Below are positions 39,271-49,016 of a DNA stretch of 64,000 nucleotides, one piece after another. Where the stretch lies: assembly GCA_963799415.1 (NCBI GenBank), contig CAWCXI010000027.1, forward strand, positions 2,888 through 66,887, read 5' to 3'. Numbering within the stretch: position 1 is the first letter of the stretch; the number at the start of each line of letters is the position of its first letter. This DNA comes from an uncultured Alphaproteobacteria bacterium. GTDB lineage: Bacteria > Pseudomonadota > Alphaproteobacteria > Acetobacterales > Acetobacteraceae. The notes beneath the pieces are model-generated. The model did no database searches. It saw nothing but the letters and a program-made list of their open reading frames with translations, and was not told the origin of the DNA. The translations under genes were made by a program, and so were the position numbers.

Positions 39271-40257
39271 TCAGCCGGTTCCGGCTGTCAGCTTCTTCAG
39301 GTCCGCCTGCGGCCGTGCGCCGTAGTGACTGATGACCTCGGCCGCGGCGATGGAGGCGAGCCTGCCGCACACCGGCAGCGGCTTGCCCGAGGTCAGGCCG
39401 GCGAGAAATCCAGCGGCATACGCATCACCGGCTCCCGTCGTATCAATGACACGTGTCGGTTCGGCGGCGATCTCGACCGTCTCGGCGCCGCGCAGGATCA
39501 CACTGCCTGCCTCGCTTCGCGTCAGGGCGGCGAGTGCCACATCGGCGCGGGCGCGTTCGGCGGCGGCCTCGAAGGAGTTCTCCTCGTAGAGACTGGTTAC
39601 CTCAGCCTCGTTGGCAAACAGGATATCGACGTTCTGCTTCACCAGTTCGCGGAATGCCGCGCGGTGGCGATCGACGCAGAAGGCGTCTGACAGGGACAGT
39701 GCAACCTGCTGTCCGGCGGCGTGCGCGGCGGCGGCGGCACGGAGGAAAGCACGCTGCGCGGCGGGCGGGTCGAACAGGTAACCTTCGAGGTAGGTCACGG
39801 CAGCATCTGCCACCAGTGCATCGCCGACGTCGGTCTCGTCGAAGCTGACGCAGGCGCCGAGGTAGGTGTGCATCGTGCGCTGTCCGTCGGGGGTGACGAC
39901 GATCAGGCAGCGCGCGGTGGAGGCGCCGCCATGTAGCGGCGTCGAGGGGAAGTGCACGCCGATCGCTGTCATGTCGTGGCGGAACACGGTGCCCAACTGA
40001 TCGTCCGCCACCTTGCCGAGATAGGCGACCCGCGCGCCGAGTGCGGCGGCTACTGCGCAGGTGTTGGCGGCCGAACCGCCGCTGCTTTCCTGGCCTGGCG
40101 GCATGGCGGCATAGAGTGCATCGGCAGCACCGGCGTCGATCAGGGTCATCGAGCCTTTGCGCATGTCGTGGCGCGAGAGGAATGTGTCGTCGGTGCTTGA
40201 CACCACATCGACGATGGCGTTGCCGATGCCCAGGATGTCGAAACGAGTTGTCATCAT
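39271..40257 (-). CDS. PfkB-family kinase, adenosine-kinase-like
   Basis: 328 aa. GIGNAIVDV at the N-terminus and DTTGAGDAYAAGFL near the C-terminus. Confidence 0.75.
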   Translation of the reverse strand: MMTTRFDILGIGNAIVDVVSSTDDTFLSRHDMRKGSMTLIDAGAADALYAAMPPGQESSGGSAANTCAVAAALGARVAYLGKVADDQLGTVFRHDMTAIGVHFPSTPLHGGASTARCLIVVTPDGQRTMHTYLGACVSFDETDVGDALVADAAVTYLEGYLFDPPAAQRAFLRAAAAAHAAGQQVALSLSDAFCVDRHRAAFRELVKQNVDILFANEAEVTSLYEENSFEAAAERARADVALAALTRSEAGSVILRGAETVEIAAEPTRVIDTTGAGDAYAAGFLAGLTSGKPLPVCGRLASIAAAEVISHYGARPQADLKKLTAGTG

Positions 40258-40275
40258 TTTGTCCGTTCAATTGTT

Positions 40276-40354
40276 CATTGCGAGGGCGGCGAAGCCAACG
40301 AAGCAATCCCCATCACCGGATGGAGATTGCTTCGTCGCTGCGCTTCTCGCAATG
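40276..40354. repeat. REP-like nested palindrome
   Basis: Outer arms CATTGCGAG / CTCGCAATG. Inner perfect 10-bp arms CGAAGCAATC / GATTGCTTCG. This repeat type is remembered as common in Bradyrhizobiaceae intergenic regions. Confidence 0.65.
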
Positions 40355-40430
40355 CTGGGTGGACGGCCCCCTGACGGCATCATTGTGCCAAGCTGGCCAT
40401 GGATGAACAGGGCAGCGAAGGAGACCGTCC

Positions 40431-41261
40431 GTGATGGAGCGTAGCATCATTGGGATCGACCTTGCGAAGAACGTGTTCCAACTGCATGCGGAAGACGCGG
40501 CGGGGCATGTGCTGTGGCGCAAACGGCTGCGCCGCGAGGAGCTGGCGCGGTTCCTTGCCAAACAGCCGCCGTCGCTGATCGGCATGGAGGCATGTGGCTC
40601 GGCGCATCACTGGGGCCGCGTGCTCAGCGGGCAAGGCCACGAGGTACGGCTGATGCACGCGAAGTATGTGAAGGCCTATGTCAAACGCGGCAAGAGCGAT
40701 CTGCGTGACGCGGAGGCCTGCTGCGAGGCCGTGCAGCGGTCCAACATGCGGTTCGTGCCGGTGAAAAGCGTCGAGCAGCAGGTGGGACGAGCGTTGGAAC
40801 GGTCGCGCGATCTGCTGGTGAAGCAGCGGACCCAGATCATCAATGCGACGCGCGGTATGCTGACCGAGATGGGCATCGTTGCCGGCACTGGCCTGCGGGG
40901 CTTCAAGGCCTTGGTCGCTCGCATCGACGCCGGCGATGCGCGCCGCTTCGACACCGCGCGTGACTGTGCCGCCTGGATCGGCCTGACGCCGCTCACCAAC
41001 AACAGTGCCGAGAAGACCCGCATCGGCCACATCAGCCGACAGGGCGATCACAGTCTGCGACGATTGCTGGTGCTCGGCGCCGCCAATCTGATGCGCCGGG
41101 CCAGAGTGAAGCCGGGCCAGGCCAGTGCCTGGGTGCAGGGCATCATGGCGCGCAGGCCGTTCAAGGTCGCAACCGTCGCCCAGGCGGCGAGGATCGCACG
41201 CATCGCCTGGGCGATGCTGCGCTCGGGCGACAACTATCGGGCCGTGGCGGCGCATCCCTGA
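40431..41261 (+). CDS. IS110-family DEDD transposase, apparently internally deleted
   Basis: IGIDLAKNVFQLH, GMEACGSAHHW and KSDLRDAEA (DEDD part), then WIGLTPLTNNSAEKTRIGHISRQGD (C-domain). It is 276 aa versus the usual ~330-400. The segment that normally holds the IPGxG helix-hairpin-helix is missing between LVARIDAGD and ARRFDTARD. Confidence 0.75.
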   Translation: MMERSIIGIDLAKNVFQLHAEDAAGHVLWRKRLRREELARFLAKQPPSLIGMEACGSAHHWGRVLSGQGHEVRLMHAKYVKAYVKRGKSDLRDAEACCEAVQRSNMRFVPVKSVEQQVGRALERSRDLLVKQRTQIINATRGMLTEMGIVAGTGLRGFKALVARIDAGDARRFDTARDCAAWIGLTPLTNNSAEKTRIGHISRQGDHSLRRLLVLGAANLMRRARVKPGQASAWVQGIMARRPFKVATVAQAARIARIAWAMLRSGDNYRAVAAHP

Positions 41262-41307
41262 TGCCGGTGCCGCGGAGATTGACCTATCCGGACCCCGATT
41301 GTGCTTG

Positions 41308-41383
41308 CGCCGTGGCGTGCGGCGTCAAGCCCGAGCCGCCGCTGGCGGTCGCTGCGCGAGGCTTGACCCCGCACGCCACGGCG
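41308..41383 (+). other. long hairpin (24-bp stem, one mismatch, 28-nt loop) in the IS110 3' non-coding region
   Basis: CGCCGTGGCGTGCGGCGTCAAGCC (41308-41331) pairs with GGCTTGACCCCGCACGCCACGGCG (41360-41383). Confidence 0.7.
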
Positions 41384-41669
41384 AAGCCTCGCTCGGGATC
41401 GGATTTGGCCAGGGCAACAATCTTCTGTGGCAGCAACACTCGGGCCGCACCTCACGACCCTATCGCGCAAGGAGCAAACCGCACCGACGGCAATTTGGTC
41501 AGGACCAGAACCAGGACACTCCGTTCTGTCATCGCGCGCTCAGCACGTCGCAATGCTGGGAACCTGGTTCGCGTTACCCATCGGGGCCAGCGGTCTTTCC
41601 AGACCGCACAAACAGGCCGGATACATGAACGCTCCAGACCGCTACGCCGTCACCGCTTTTGCTGCTTGC

Positions 41670-42884
41670 CTAACGGGGGCCGTCCATACATGACAGGGGT
41701 GGTGTCAGCTGGTTTTTGGCGGGTGGGCGCGTGACGGCGGCTTCGTTTACCTCGACGCCCCAGCCGGGGCCTTTCGGGAGGATCAGTTCGCCGTTCTCGA
41801 TCGCGGGTGCGTTGAGGAACAGCTCATCGCGCCAGGATACGCTGTCGATGTCGATCTCCATCACGCGGAAATTCGGCACCACGGCGCAGAAATGCGCGCT
41901 GATCGCCGAGCAGAGATGGCCGTAGTAGTTGTGCGGCGCGCAGTTCACTTCGTAGGCTTCGGCCATCGACGCGACCTTGATCGATTCGAGGAAACCGTTC
42001 CAGATCACGTCGATGATCGCCACGTCGGTCGCGTAGGCATCGAAGAACGGACGGAATGCACGTCGCCCGCACACCGATTCCAAGGATGCGATCGGGCATG
42101 GCGCGGCACGGCGGATCAGCGCGAGCGACTGTGGGTCCCAGGTGTCGATCTCAAGCCATGTCATGTCAAACGGCGCGACCGCCTTGGCGATCTGGAGATA
42201 GCCTTCGGTCTTAAAGTGGTAGTTCACGTCGAGATGCAGACCCATCTCGGGACCGGCGCCGGCGCGGAATGCTCCGAGCAGATCGCGCACCGACTGTAGC
42301 GTCTTGCGGTCGACGTTGAGCTCCGGCCAGCCGGGTGAGCGGCCGAAGCCGGGACCGAAGTTGGTGAGCTTCTCGCCATCGAACGGGAGGATGTTGGTCT
42401 TCAGTGCCTTGAAGCCGCGCTTCTTCACTTCGGCGCCAAGTGCCGCGATGTCGTCATAGGTGCGCAGCGGCTTCGCGCCGACCAGTTCGTGGTTGCGCAC
42501 ACGGTAGGAGCCGCAATGCGACCAGTACACCGGAATGCGCTCGCGCACCGGCCCGCCGAAAAGTTCGTAGACCGGCACTCCCAATGCTTTGCCCTTGATG
42601 TCTAGCAAGGCGTTCTCGATCGCGGCGATAGCGCGCGAATTCACGCCGCCGGGTGCCTGCACCTGACGCACCCACAGCATCGAGGCGATCTGCTGCACCG
42701 GGCGCGGGTCGAGTCCGATCAGTGGTTCGGCGAGGCCGCGGATCACGCCGGTCAGGCCGCGGCTGCCATCGGCCTCGGTATATTCCGACCAGCCGACCAG
42801 CCCGTCATCGGTGGTGAGCTTGAGGAACGAGAAGGTCCGCCAGCCGGCGTCGCAATGCAGGTCTTCGATCTTCGCGAGCTTCAT
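41670..42884 (-). CDS. enolase-superfamily enzyme (mandelate racemase/muconate lactonizing family, sugar-acid dehydratase-like)
   Basis: 404 aa from MKLAKIEDLHCDAGWRTFSFLKLTTDDGLVGWSE (ATG 42884, AAGGAGGG upstream). Confidence 0.75.
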   Translation of the reverse strand: MKLAKIEDLHCDAGWRTFSFLKLTTDDGLVGWSEYTEADGSRGLTGVIRGLAEPLIGLDPRPVQQIASMLWVRQVQAPGGVNSRAIAAIENALLDIKGKALGVPVYELFGGPVRERIPVYWSHCGSYRVRNHELVGAKPLRTYDDIAALGAEVKKRGFKALKTNILPFDGEKLTNFGPGFGRSPGWPELNVDRKTLQSVRDLLGAFRAGAGPEMGLHLDVNYHFKTEGYLQIAKAVAPFDMTWLEIDTWDPQSLALIRRAAPCPIASLESVCGRRAFRPFFDAYATDVAIIDVIWNGFLESIKVASMAEAYEVNCAPHNYYGHLCSAISAHFCAVVPNFRVMEIDIDSVSWRDELFLNAPAIENGELILPKGPGWGVEVNEAAVTRPPAKNQLTPPLSCMDGPR

Positions 42885-43856
42885 GTCGTGGCCCTCCTTG
42901 GGCGCGGGGGCAGTGACCAGGCCGACGCCGCGCAGATGGCTGAACAGTTCCTTCGAGCCGGTCGCGGTCCGCCTGAGGCAGCGGCGGCCGCAGAATCGAT
43001 TCGATGTTCGAGCGCAGATGTTCCTGGTCGCCGGTGCCGAACAGCACGACATCGACGCCGGGTTCATGGCGCACATAGCGATACGCCGCATCGGTCAGGC
43101 TGGTGGCACCGCCTGGATGGATGAGGAAGCCGAGAGGGTCAGGATCGTCGGCCAGCGACTGCGGCACCTTGCCCTCCGCTGCCAGATCCTGCATCGCCTC
43201 GGCCACGCGGTCGGCGCGGGCGAAGATGCTGCGCACCGCGAACATCAGCAGCGTGCCGACACGGTGCTTGCAGCGTCGCGGGGAACACCGCCTCGCGGGT
43301 GTTCTGGCTCATCAGGTGGAACGCGACCATCACGACGTCCCAGATGCTCGTCGGGGACGGCGCGCAGCAGCATCTGGTGTTCGAGATCGTTGGGCGAGGT
43401 CTCGGTGATGCCGAGGAAGCGGAACTTGCCCTTTTCCTTCTCCTTCAGCAGGGCCGGCGCGATCACGTCACGCACGTAGTCGTAGCCGGACGGCGGCACC
43501 GCGTGGAGCTGAAAGACGTCGATGCAGTCGATGCCGAGTTCGTGCAGCGAGTTGTCGAGGCTGGCGACGACACGTTCCGGCGTCCAGCGTTCGCCGCCGC
43601 GGATGACGGAGGATTTGGTAGCGATCACGATGCGATCGCGCGGCACGGTCCTGATTGCCTTGCCGACCACACCCTCGGTGTCGTAGGGCGCGGCGGTGTC
43701 GAGCAAGTTGACGCCATGGTCGAGCGCGGCATGGATGATCGCGATTGCGCTGGCCTCGGTGCCGCCGGTGTTCAGCCCCAGCCGGCTGAAACCGCCGCAG
43801 CCTAGACCGGCGACGCTGACCTTGAGTTCCGTCCTGCCAAGCGTGGTGTATTCCAT
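42881..43856 (-). pseudogene. aldo/keto reductase, at least three frame disruptions
   Basis: MEYTTLGRTELKVSVAGLGCGG...LLRAVPDEHL lies in ORF 43245..43856. WDVVMVAFHLMSQNTREAVFPATLQ lies in ORF 43139..43333. LLMFAVRSIFARADRV...LPQADRDRLE lies in ORF 42805..43245. The tail ELFSHLRGVGL is in yet another frame, so the 3' end is uncertain. Confidence 0.7.
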
Positions 43857-43956
43857 GCACGTGCCTGCTCCTTGAAGGGGGGCAGGCTAGCGGGCTGGCG
43901 GCGGGACGCAACTCGAACCGGGTTATCCTCGTCTACGCGTGGCCGGCGCGCTTCGG

Positions 43957-44514
43957 TCAATCGCGAGAACGACGATCGTTGCCGCCTAGCCGGCCGCCGC
44001 CACGTCGCTCGCTGTCGCCACGCCGCTCGTTGAAGTAGGTTCGGTCCATCTGCCGTGCGCCGCACGTCTCGTACAGCTTGCGCGCCGCCGCGTTGGATGA
44101 ATCGGTCGTCCACTCCAGCGACGAAAAGCCTTCGGCGGCCCTCAATCGCTGCGCAGCCTTCACGAGCAAGCGTCCCACACCGCTCCGTCGCGCCGCCTGC
44201 GCCACATAGAGGTCGCGGATGTAGAGTGACAGGGTCAACTCGGCCGCGGGGAATGTGACATTCATGACCAGCGAGCCAACGACGGTATCGCCCGCCGCGG
44301 CGATGAGGACATGCGGATCGAATGTATTCACAGGTGGCTTGCAGGCCAGGGCCGCAGCCTTGATGGCCGCGGCATCCGACACCGGGCGTTTGTAGTGCGA
44401 CTGCATTTCCGAGAAGTGGCTGGCGAGGCCCTGAACGTCGGCCTCGGTCGGGCGGCGGATGACTATGTCCAGGGCAGACGCCTGGTTCGGGGAACTCATT
44501 ACATCCGACATCAT
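43957..44514 (-). CDS. GNAT family N-acetyltransferase
   Basis: 185 aa. YVAQAARRSGVGRLLV (acetyl-CoA binding loop) and LEWTTDSSNAAARKLYETCG. Confidence 0.7.
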   Translation of the reverse strand: MMSDVMSSPNQASALDIVIRRPTEADVQGLASHFSEMQSHYKRPVSDAAAIKAAALACKPPVNTFDPHVLIAAAGDTVVGSLVMNVTFPAAELTLSLYIRDLYVAQAARRSGVGRLLVKAAQRLRAAEGFSSLEWTTDSSNAAARKLYETCGARQMDRTYFNERRGDSERRGGGRLGGNDRRSRD

Positions 44515-44599
44515 GATCCTCTGGCCGAGTATTGCGAGACGTCGGTCGTAGATCGGCCGGCCTTACACCGAGGTGTCGGTTTGGGCTTCAGGCGCATTC

Positions 44600-45997
44600 T
44601 CACGCCCTGGAGATGGCCTCGAGCGCCAGTCCTGTGGTGCGCGGACCGAAGCCGCCGATGGAGATCACCACGATCAGCATCGCAAAGGCGATGAAGATGA
44701 ACACCGCGTTCACGCCGCCGAGGTTCAGCAGATAGGCCACGACCAGGCCGGACAGCGCCGCCGACAGCCGGCTCCAGGAATACACGAAGCCAACGGCGCG
44801 TGAGCGGATGCGCGTCGGGAACAGCTCCGACTGGTAGTTGTGGAAGCTGTACGACATCCAGTTGTTGCACAGCGTCACCAGCACGCCGAGCACGATCAGC
44901 ATCGCGGCGTCAGTCGGCGTTGGCGAACAGCATGCCGAACACGCCGATGCCGATGGCGCCGCAGCACACCTGCCACTTCCGCTCCATCTTGTCGGCGATC
45001 AGCGTGCACAGCAGCGGCCCGACCGGATTGGCGATGGCGATGATGAACGAATACAGCAGGCTGGTGGTGATGGTGATGCCCTTGGCGATCAGCAATGTCG
45101 GCACCCAGGCGGCGAAGCCGTAGTAGCCGAAGGTCTGGAAGAAGTTGAACACCGACAGGATGATGGCGCGCCGGTCGTAGGGCGGCTGCCAGATCTCGGC
45201 GAAGCTGCCCTCGCCTTCGTCACTGCCGACGGCTGCGCCGGGCGGCGGCAGCGGCCACCGAGATCGGCGGCGACGCCGGCTTCGATCGCTGCGATGACCG
45301 CTCGGCCTCCGCGAGGCGCCCGTGGCGCGCCAGCCAGCGCGGCGATTCCGGCAGGCCGAGCCGGATGAACCAGATCACGATGGCGCCGGCCGAGCCGATC
45401 AGCACCACCCAGCGCCAGCCATCGAAGCCGAACGGCGACGTGCGGCACCAGCAGATAGGCGATGAACGCCATGATCGGCACGGCGAGGAACTGGAAGAAC
45501 TGGTTGTAGGCGAAGGCGCGGCCGCGATGGGTCAGCGGCACCAGTTCGGCGACATAGGTGTCGATCGTCACCAGCTCGACGCCGATGCCGATGCCGGCGA
45601 TGAAGCGCCAGAGGTCGACGCCGAAGCCGGAGGTCTGGAACGCCATGATCGCGGTGGTGATCGAGTACCAGACCAGCGAGAAGGTGAAGACGGTGCGCCG
45701 GCCGTACTGGTCGGCCACGTGGCCCAGGCAGATGGCGCCGACGAACAGCCCGGCGAACAGCGCGAACACGAAGGTGCCGATGCCGGCGACGCCGATGGGG
45801 CCGAGGACGTTGAAGACGCCGAGCGACTCTGGGGTGAAGTAGCCGGCCTTGTTCAGGCCCGGGGCGATATAGGCGGTCAGGAACAGGTCGTAGATCTCGA
45901 AGCAGCCGCCGAGCGAGATCAGCGTGACCAGGTACCAGATGTGCTTGGTCATCGGCAGCCGATCGAGCCGGGCTGCCAGTTCCGCCTGTGTCGCCAT
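44600..45997 (-). pseudogene. MFS transporter (metabolite/sugar porter type), four frame disruptions
   Basis: Conserved segments are spread over ORFs 45089..46123, 45220..45408, 44910..45152 and 44600..44902. Switches are near 45430, 45300, 45243 and 44913. Start [15 protein letters not shown] at 45997, with GAGGAGGAAAG upstream. Confidence 0.75.
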
Positions 45998-46134
45998 TAA
46001 GCTTTCCTCCTCGTCACCGCGCGTCTGGCCGAATCGACCGCACGGCGAAACCCATGGGCGTGCGCGGGTCAGCCATGCGTCATGGGCAGCTCGATCTTGT
46101 GAAGTCCGGCCCAGCGGCGCCATCTAGGCGCGTC

Positions 46135-46701
46135 ATGCAGAACATCATGAACGCCGCCGCCGACCCGACCGGGTGGCACGGCACAACCATCCTGTGCGTC
46201 AGGCGGGATGGACACGTGACCATGGCCGGCGACGGCCAGGTCTCGATGGGTCAGACCATCGTCAAGGGCAACGCCCGCAAGGTGCGCCGTATCGGCACCG
46301 GCGGCGCGGTGCTGGCAGGCTTCGCCGGCGCCACCGCCGATGCGTTCACCCTTCTTGAACGGCTGGAAAGCAAGCTGGAGCGCTTTCCCAGCCAGCTCGA
46401 ACGCGCCTGCGTCGAGCTGGCCAAGGACTGGCGCACCGACCGCTATCTGCGCCGGCTGGAGGCGATGATGGCGGTGGCCGACAAGGACCGCAGCTTCACC
46501 CTCACCGGCACCGGCGACGTGCTGGAGCCGGAGGACGGCGTGATCGCCATCGGCTCCGGCGGCAACTATGCGCTGTCCGCCGCGCGTGCGCTGATGTCGG
46601 TGGACGGCCTGTCCGCCGAGGAGATCGCCCGCCGCGCCATGAAGATCGCCGCCGAGATCTGCGTCTATACCAACAACAACGTCATCGTCGAGACTATCTA
46701 G
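46135..46701 (+). CDS. hslV: ATP-dependent protease subunit HslV
   Basis: [24 protein letters not shown] and [14 protein letters not shown]. Start at 46135 or 46147. Confidence 0.9.
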   Translation: MQNIMNAAADPTGWHGTTILCVRRDGHVTMAGDGQVSMGQTIVKGNARKVRRIGTGGAVLAGFAGATADAFTLLERLESKLERFPSQLERACVELAKDWRTDRYLRRLEAMMAVADKDRSFTLTGTGDVLEPEDGVIAIGSGGNYALSAARALMSVDGLSAEEIARRAMKIAAEICVYTNNNVIVETI

Positions 46702-46702
46702 A

Positions 46703-48029
46703 ATGGAAGTCCCCACCTACTCGCCGCGCGAGATCGTCTCTGAGCTGGACCGCTTCATCGTCGGCCAGAACGATGCCAAGCGCGCGGTGGCCATCGCGCT
46801 GCGCAACCGCTGGCGCCGGCAGCAGCTGCCCGAGGCGATGCGCGAGGAAGTCGTCCCCAAGAACATCCTGATGATCGGCCCCACCGGCTGCGGCAAGACC
46901 GAGATCGCCCGCCGGCTGGCCAAGCTCGCCCAGGCGCCGTTCCTGAAGGTCGAGGCGACCAAGTTCACCGAAGTCGGCTATGTCGGCCGCGACGTCGAGA
47001 GCATCGCGCGCGACCTGGTCGAGGCCAGCATCAACATGCTGCGCGAGAGCTCGCGCAAGGACGTGCAGGCGCAGGCCGAGCTCGCCGCCGAGGAGCGCTG
47101 ATCACCGCGCTGGTCGGCGACGGCGCCGCGGCGGACACGCGCGCAAGTTCCGCCGCATGCTGCGCAACGGCGAGTTCGAGCAGAAGGAGATCGAGGTCGA
47201 GGTGGCCCAATCCGGCGGCAGCCCGATCGGTCAGCTCGACATCCCCGGCATGCCGCCCGGCCAGGTGATCAACCTGGGCGAGATGATGAAGGGCATGTTC
47301 GGCAACCGGCCGACCGACGCAGAAGCGCAAGCTGACCGTCGAGACGGCGCGGCGCATCCTGGAGGAGGAAGAAGCCGATCAGTTGCTCGACAACGACCGA
47401 CTGACCAAGGATGCGGTGTCGCATGCCGAGAACAACGGCATCGTCTTCATCGACGAGATCGACAAGGTGGCGGCGCGCACCATGGAGGGCGGCTTCCGCG
47501 GCGGCGACGTGTCGCGCGAAGGCGTGCAGCGCGACCTGCTGCCGCTGATCGAGGGCACCACCGTGTCAGCACCAAGTACGGCCCGGTGAAGACCGACCAC
47601 GTGCTGTTCATCGCCTCGGGCGCGTTCCATCTGGCGAAGCCGTCGGACCTGCTGCCGGAATTGCAGGGCCGTCTGCCGATCCGCGTGGAGCTGGCGGCGT
47701 CTGTCGCGCGACGACCTGCGGCGCATCCTGACCGAGCCGGAGCACTCGCTGCTGAAGCAGTCGCGGCGCTGCTGGCGACCGAGAAGGTGACGCTGAGCTT
47801 CACCGACGATGCGGTGGACGCGCTGGCGGAGCTGGCGGCCGACATCAACGATCGGGTCGAGAACATCGGCGCGCGGCGGCTGCACACGGTGCTGGAGCGG
47901 CTGCTGGAGGAGATCAGCTTCACCGCCACCGACAAGGCGGGCGAGACGATCACGGTGGATGCCGCCTATGTGAACGAGCGCGTGGCGCCGCTGGCGCAGA
48001 AGGGCGATCTGAGCCGGTTCATTCTGTAG
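46703..48029 (+). pseudogene. hslU: ATP-dependent protease ATPase HslU with about six frame disruptions
   Basis: [90 protein letters not shown] and [21 protein letters not shown] are all present but distributed over three frames. Confidence 0.9.
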
Positions 48030-48224
48030 AGTGTGCGGGGCCCTTACGGACCACGTCCGTGCCAGCATCAAGACGTGGATACCGGGCCTTCGCCCGGCAC
48101 GACCCGGGGAGGCTCGCATCACGAGCATGTCAGGATCGGATCGGAGGCAGGTACGGCTATAGGCTGACCTGCCGCCTGATCCGTCCGGGCAAAACGGTCC
48201 CGTCAACATCAGAGGGGAGCGGCC

Positions 48225-49013
48225 ATGACAACGCAGTCGCCGAGCGCGAAGGCCGTCGTCAGGTCGTCGCTTGTACAGAGGCTGGCGCGGTTCGTCAGTC
48301 TGTCGTCCGCCGAGACCGAGGTGCTGGAGGATCTCCAGTCGACCACCCGTGTGGTTCGGCACAACCGGGAGATCATCACTCAGGGACGCCGATACGGTGG
48401 GCTGCTGGTGACGATCGAGGGTATTTCGGTCCGTTATAGGATACTCCGCGATGGCCGGCGTCAGGTGCTGGACATTGCGCTGCCAGGGGACCTCATCGGC
48501 TTTCCGGCGTGTTTCTTCGACAGCGCGCCGTACTCGATCAGCGCTCTCACCGATACGGTGCTGGCCTGCATCCCGTTGCCAGTACTCGGCAGTCTGTTCA
48601 AAACGCAACCGCGGTTGGCGGCTGCGATCTTCTGGTCATTCGCCTCCGAGGCAGCGATATACATCGAGCACCTGACGGATGTCGGCCGGCGTTCGGCACT
48701 CGAGCGCGTTGCCCACTTCCTGCTCGAATTGCTGGTGCGATTTCAGAGCATCGGTCGCGGCGACGAATGTTCATTCCCGATGCCGCTGACCCAGGAACTG
48801 CTGGCCGACGCACTGGGGCTGAGCGTGCCGCATGTGAACCGCACGCTGCGGCAATTGCGCGACGACGACCTGGTGCGCATCGACGCCCACCGGGTGATTG
48901 TGAAGGACGTCGAGGCACTGTCGGCGCTGGCCGACTTCGACCGATCGTATCTCGGCCGATTTCGACCGGTCGAACTGTTCGACGCGGCCGGTGGGCCGGC
49001 CGCGCTACAATAG
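48225..49013 (+). CDS. Crp/Fnr family transcriptional regulator
   Basis: 262 aa with a cNMP-binding-like N-domain and the C-terminal HTH LTQELLADALGLSVPHVNRTLRQL. Confidence 0.85.
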   Translation: MTTQSPSAKAVVRSSLVQRLARFVSLSSAETEVLEDLQSTTRVVRHNREIITQGRRYGGLLVTIEGISVRYRILRDGRRQVLDIALPGDLIGFPACFFDSAPYSISALTDTVLACIPLPVLGSLFKTQPRLAAAIFWSFASEAAIYIEHLTDVGRRSALERVAHFLLELLVRFQSIGRGDECSFPMPLTQELLADALGLSVPHVNRTLRQLRDDDLVRIDAHRVIVKDVEALSALADFDRSYLGRFRPVELFDAAGGPAALQ

Positions 49014-49016
49014 GTG

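Larger units (their letters stand above)
40347..41560 (+). mobile_element. IS110-family element (probably defective) bracketed by 13-bp direct repeat TCGCAATGCTGGG
   Basis: The identical 13-mer occurs at 40347-40359 and 41548-41560. Between them lie the transposase ORF and 286 nt of structured 3' non-coding sequence. Exact ends are not determined. Confidence 0.55.

Noticed and set aside
42881-43091. Apparent in-frame continuity between the repaired AKR tail and the enolase-family gene (possible fusion protein)
   Set aside because: The enolase gene has its own strong SD (AAGGAGGG) and a canonical N-terminus. The continuity more likely results from an additional indel near the AKR stop.
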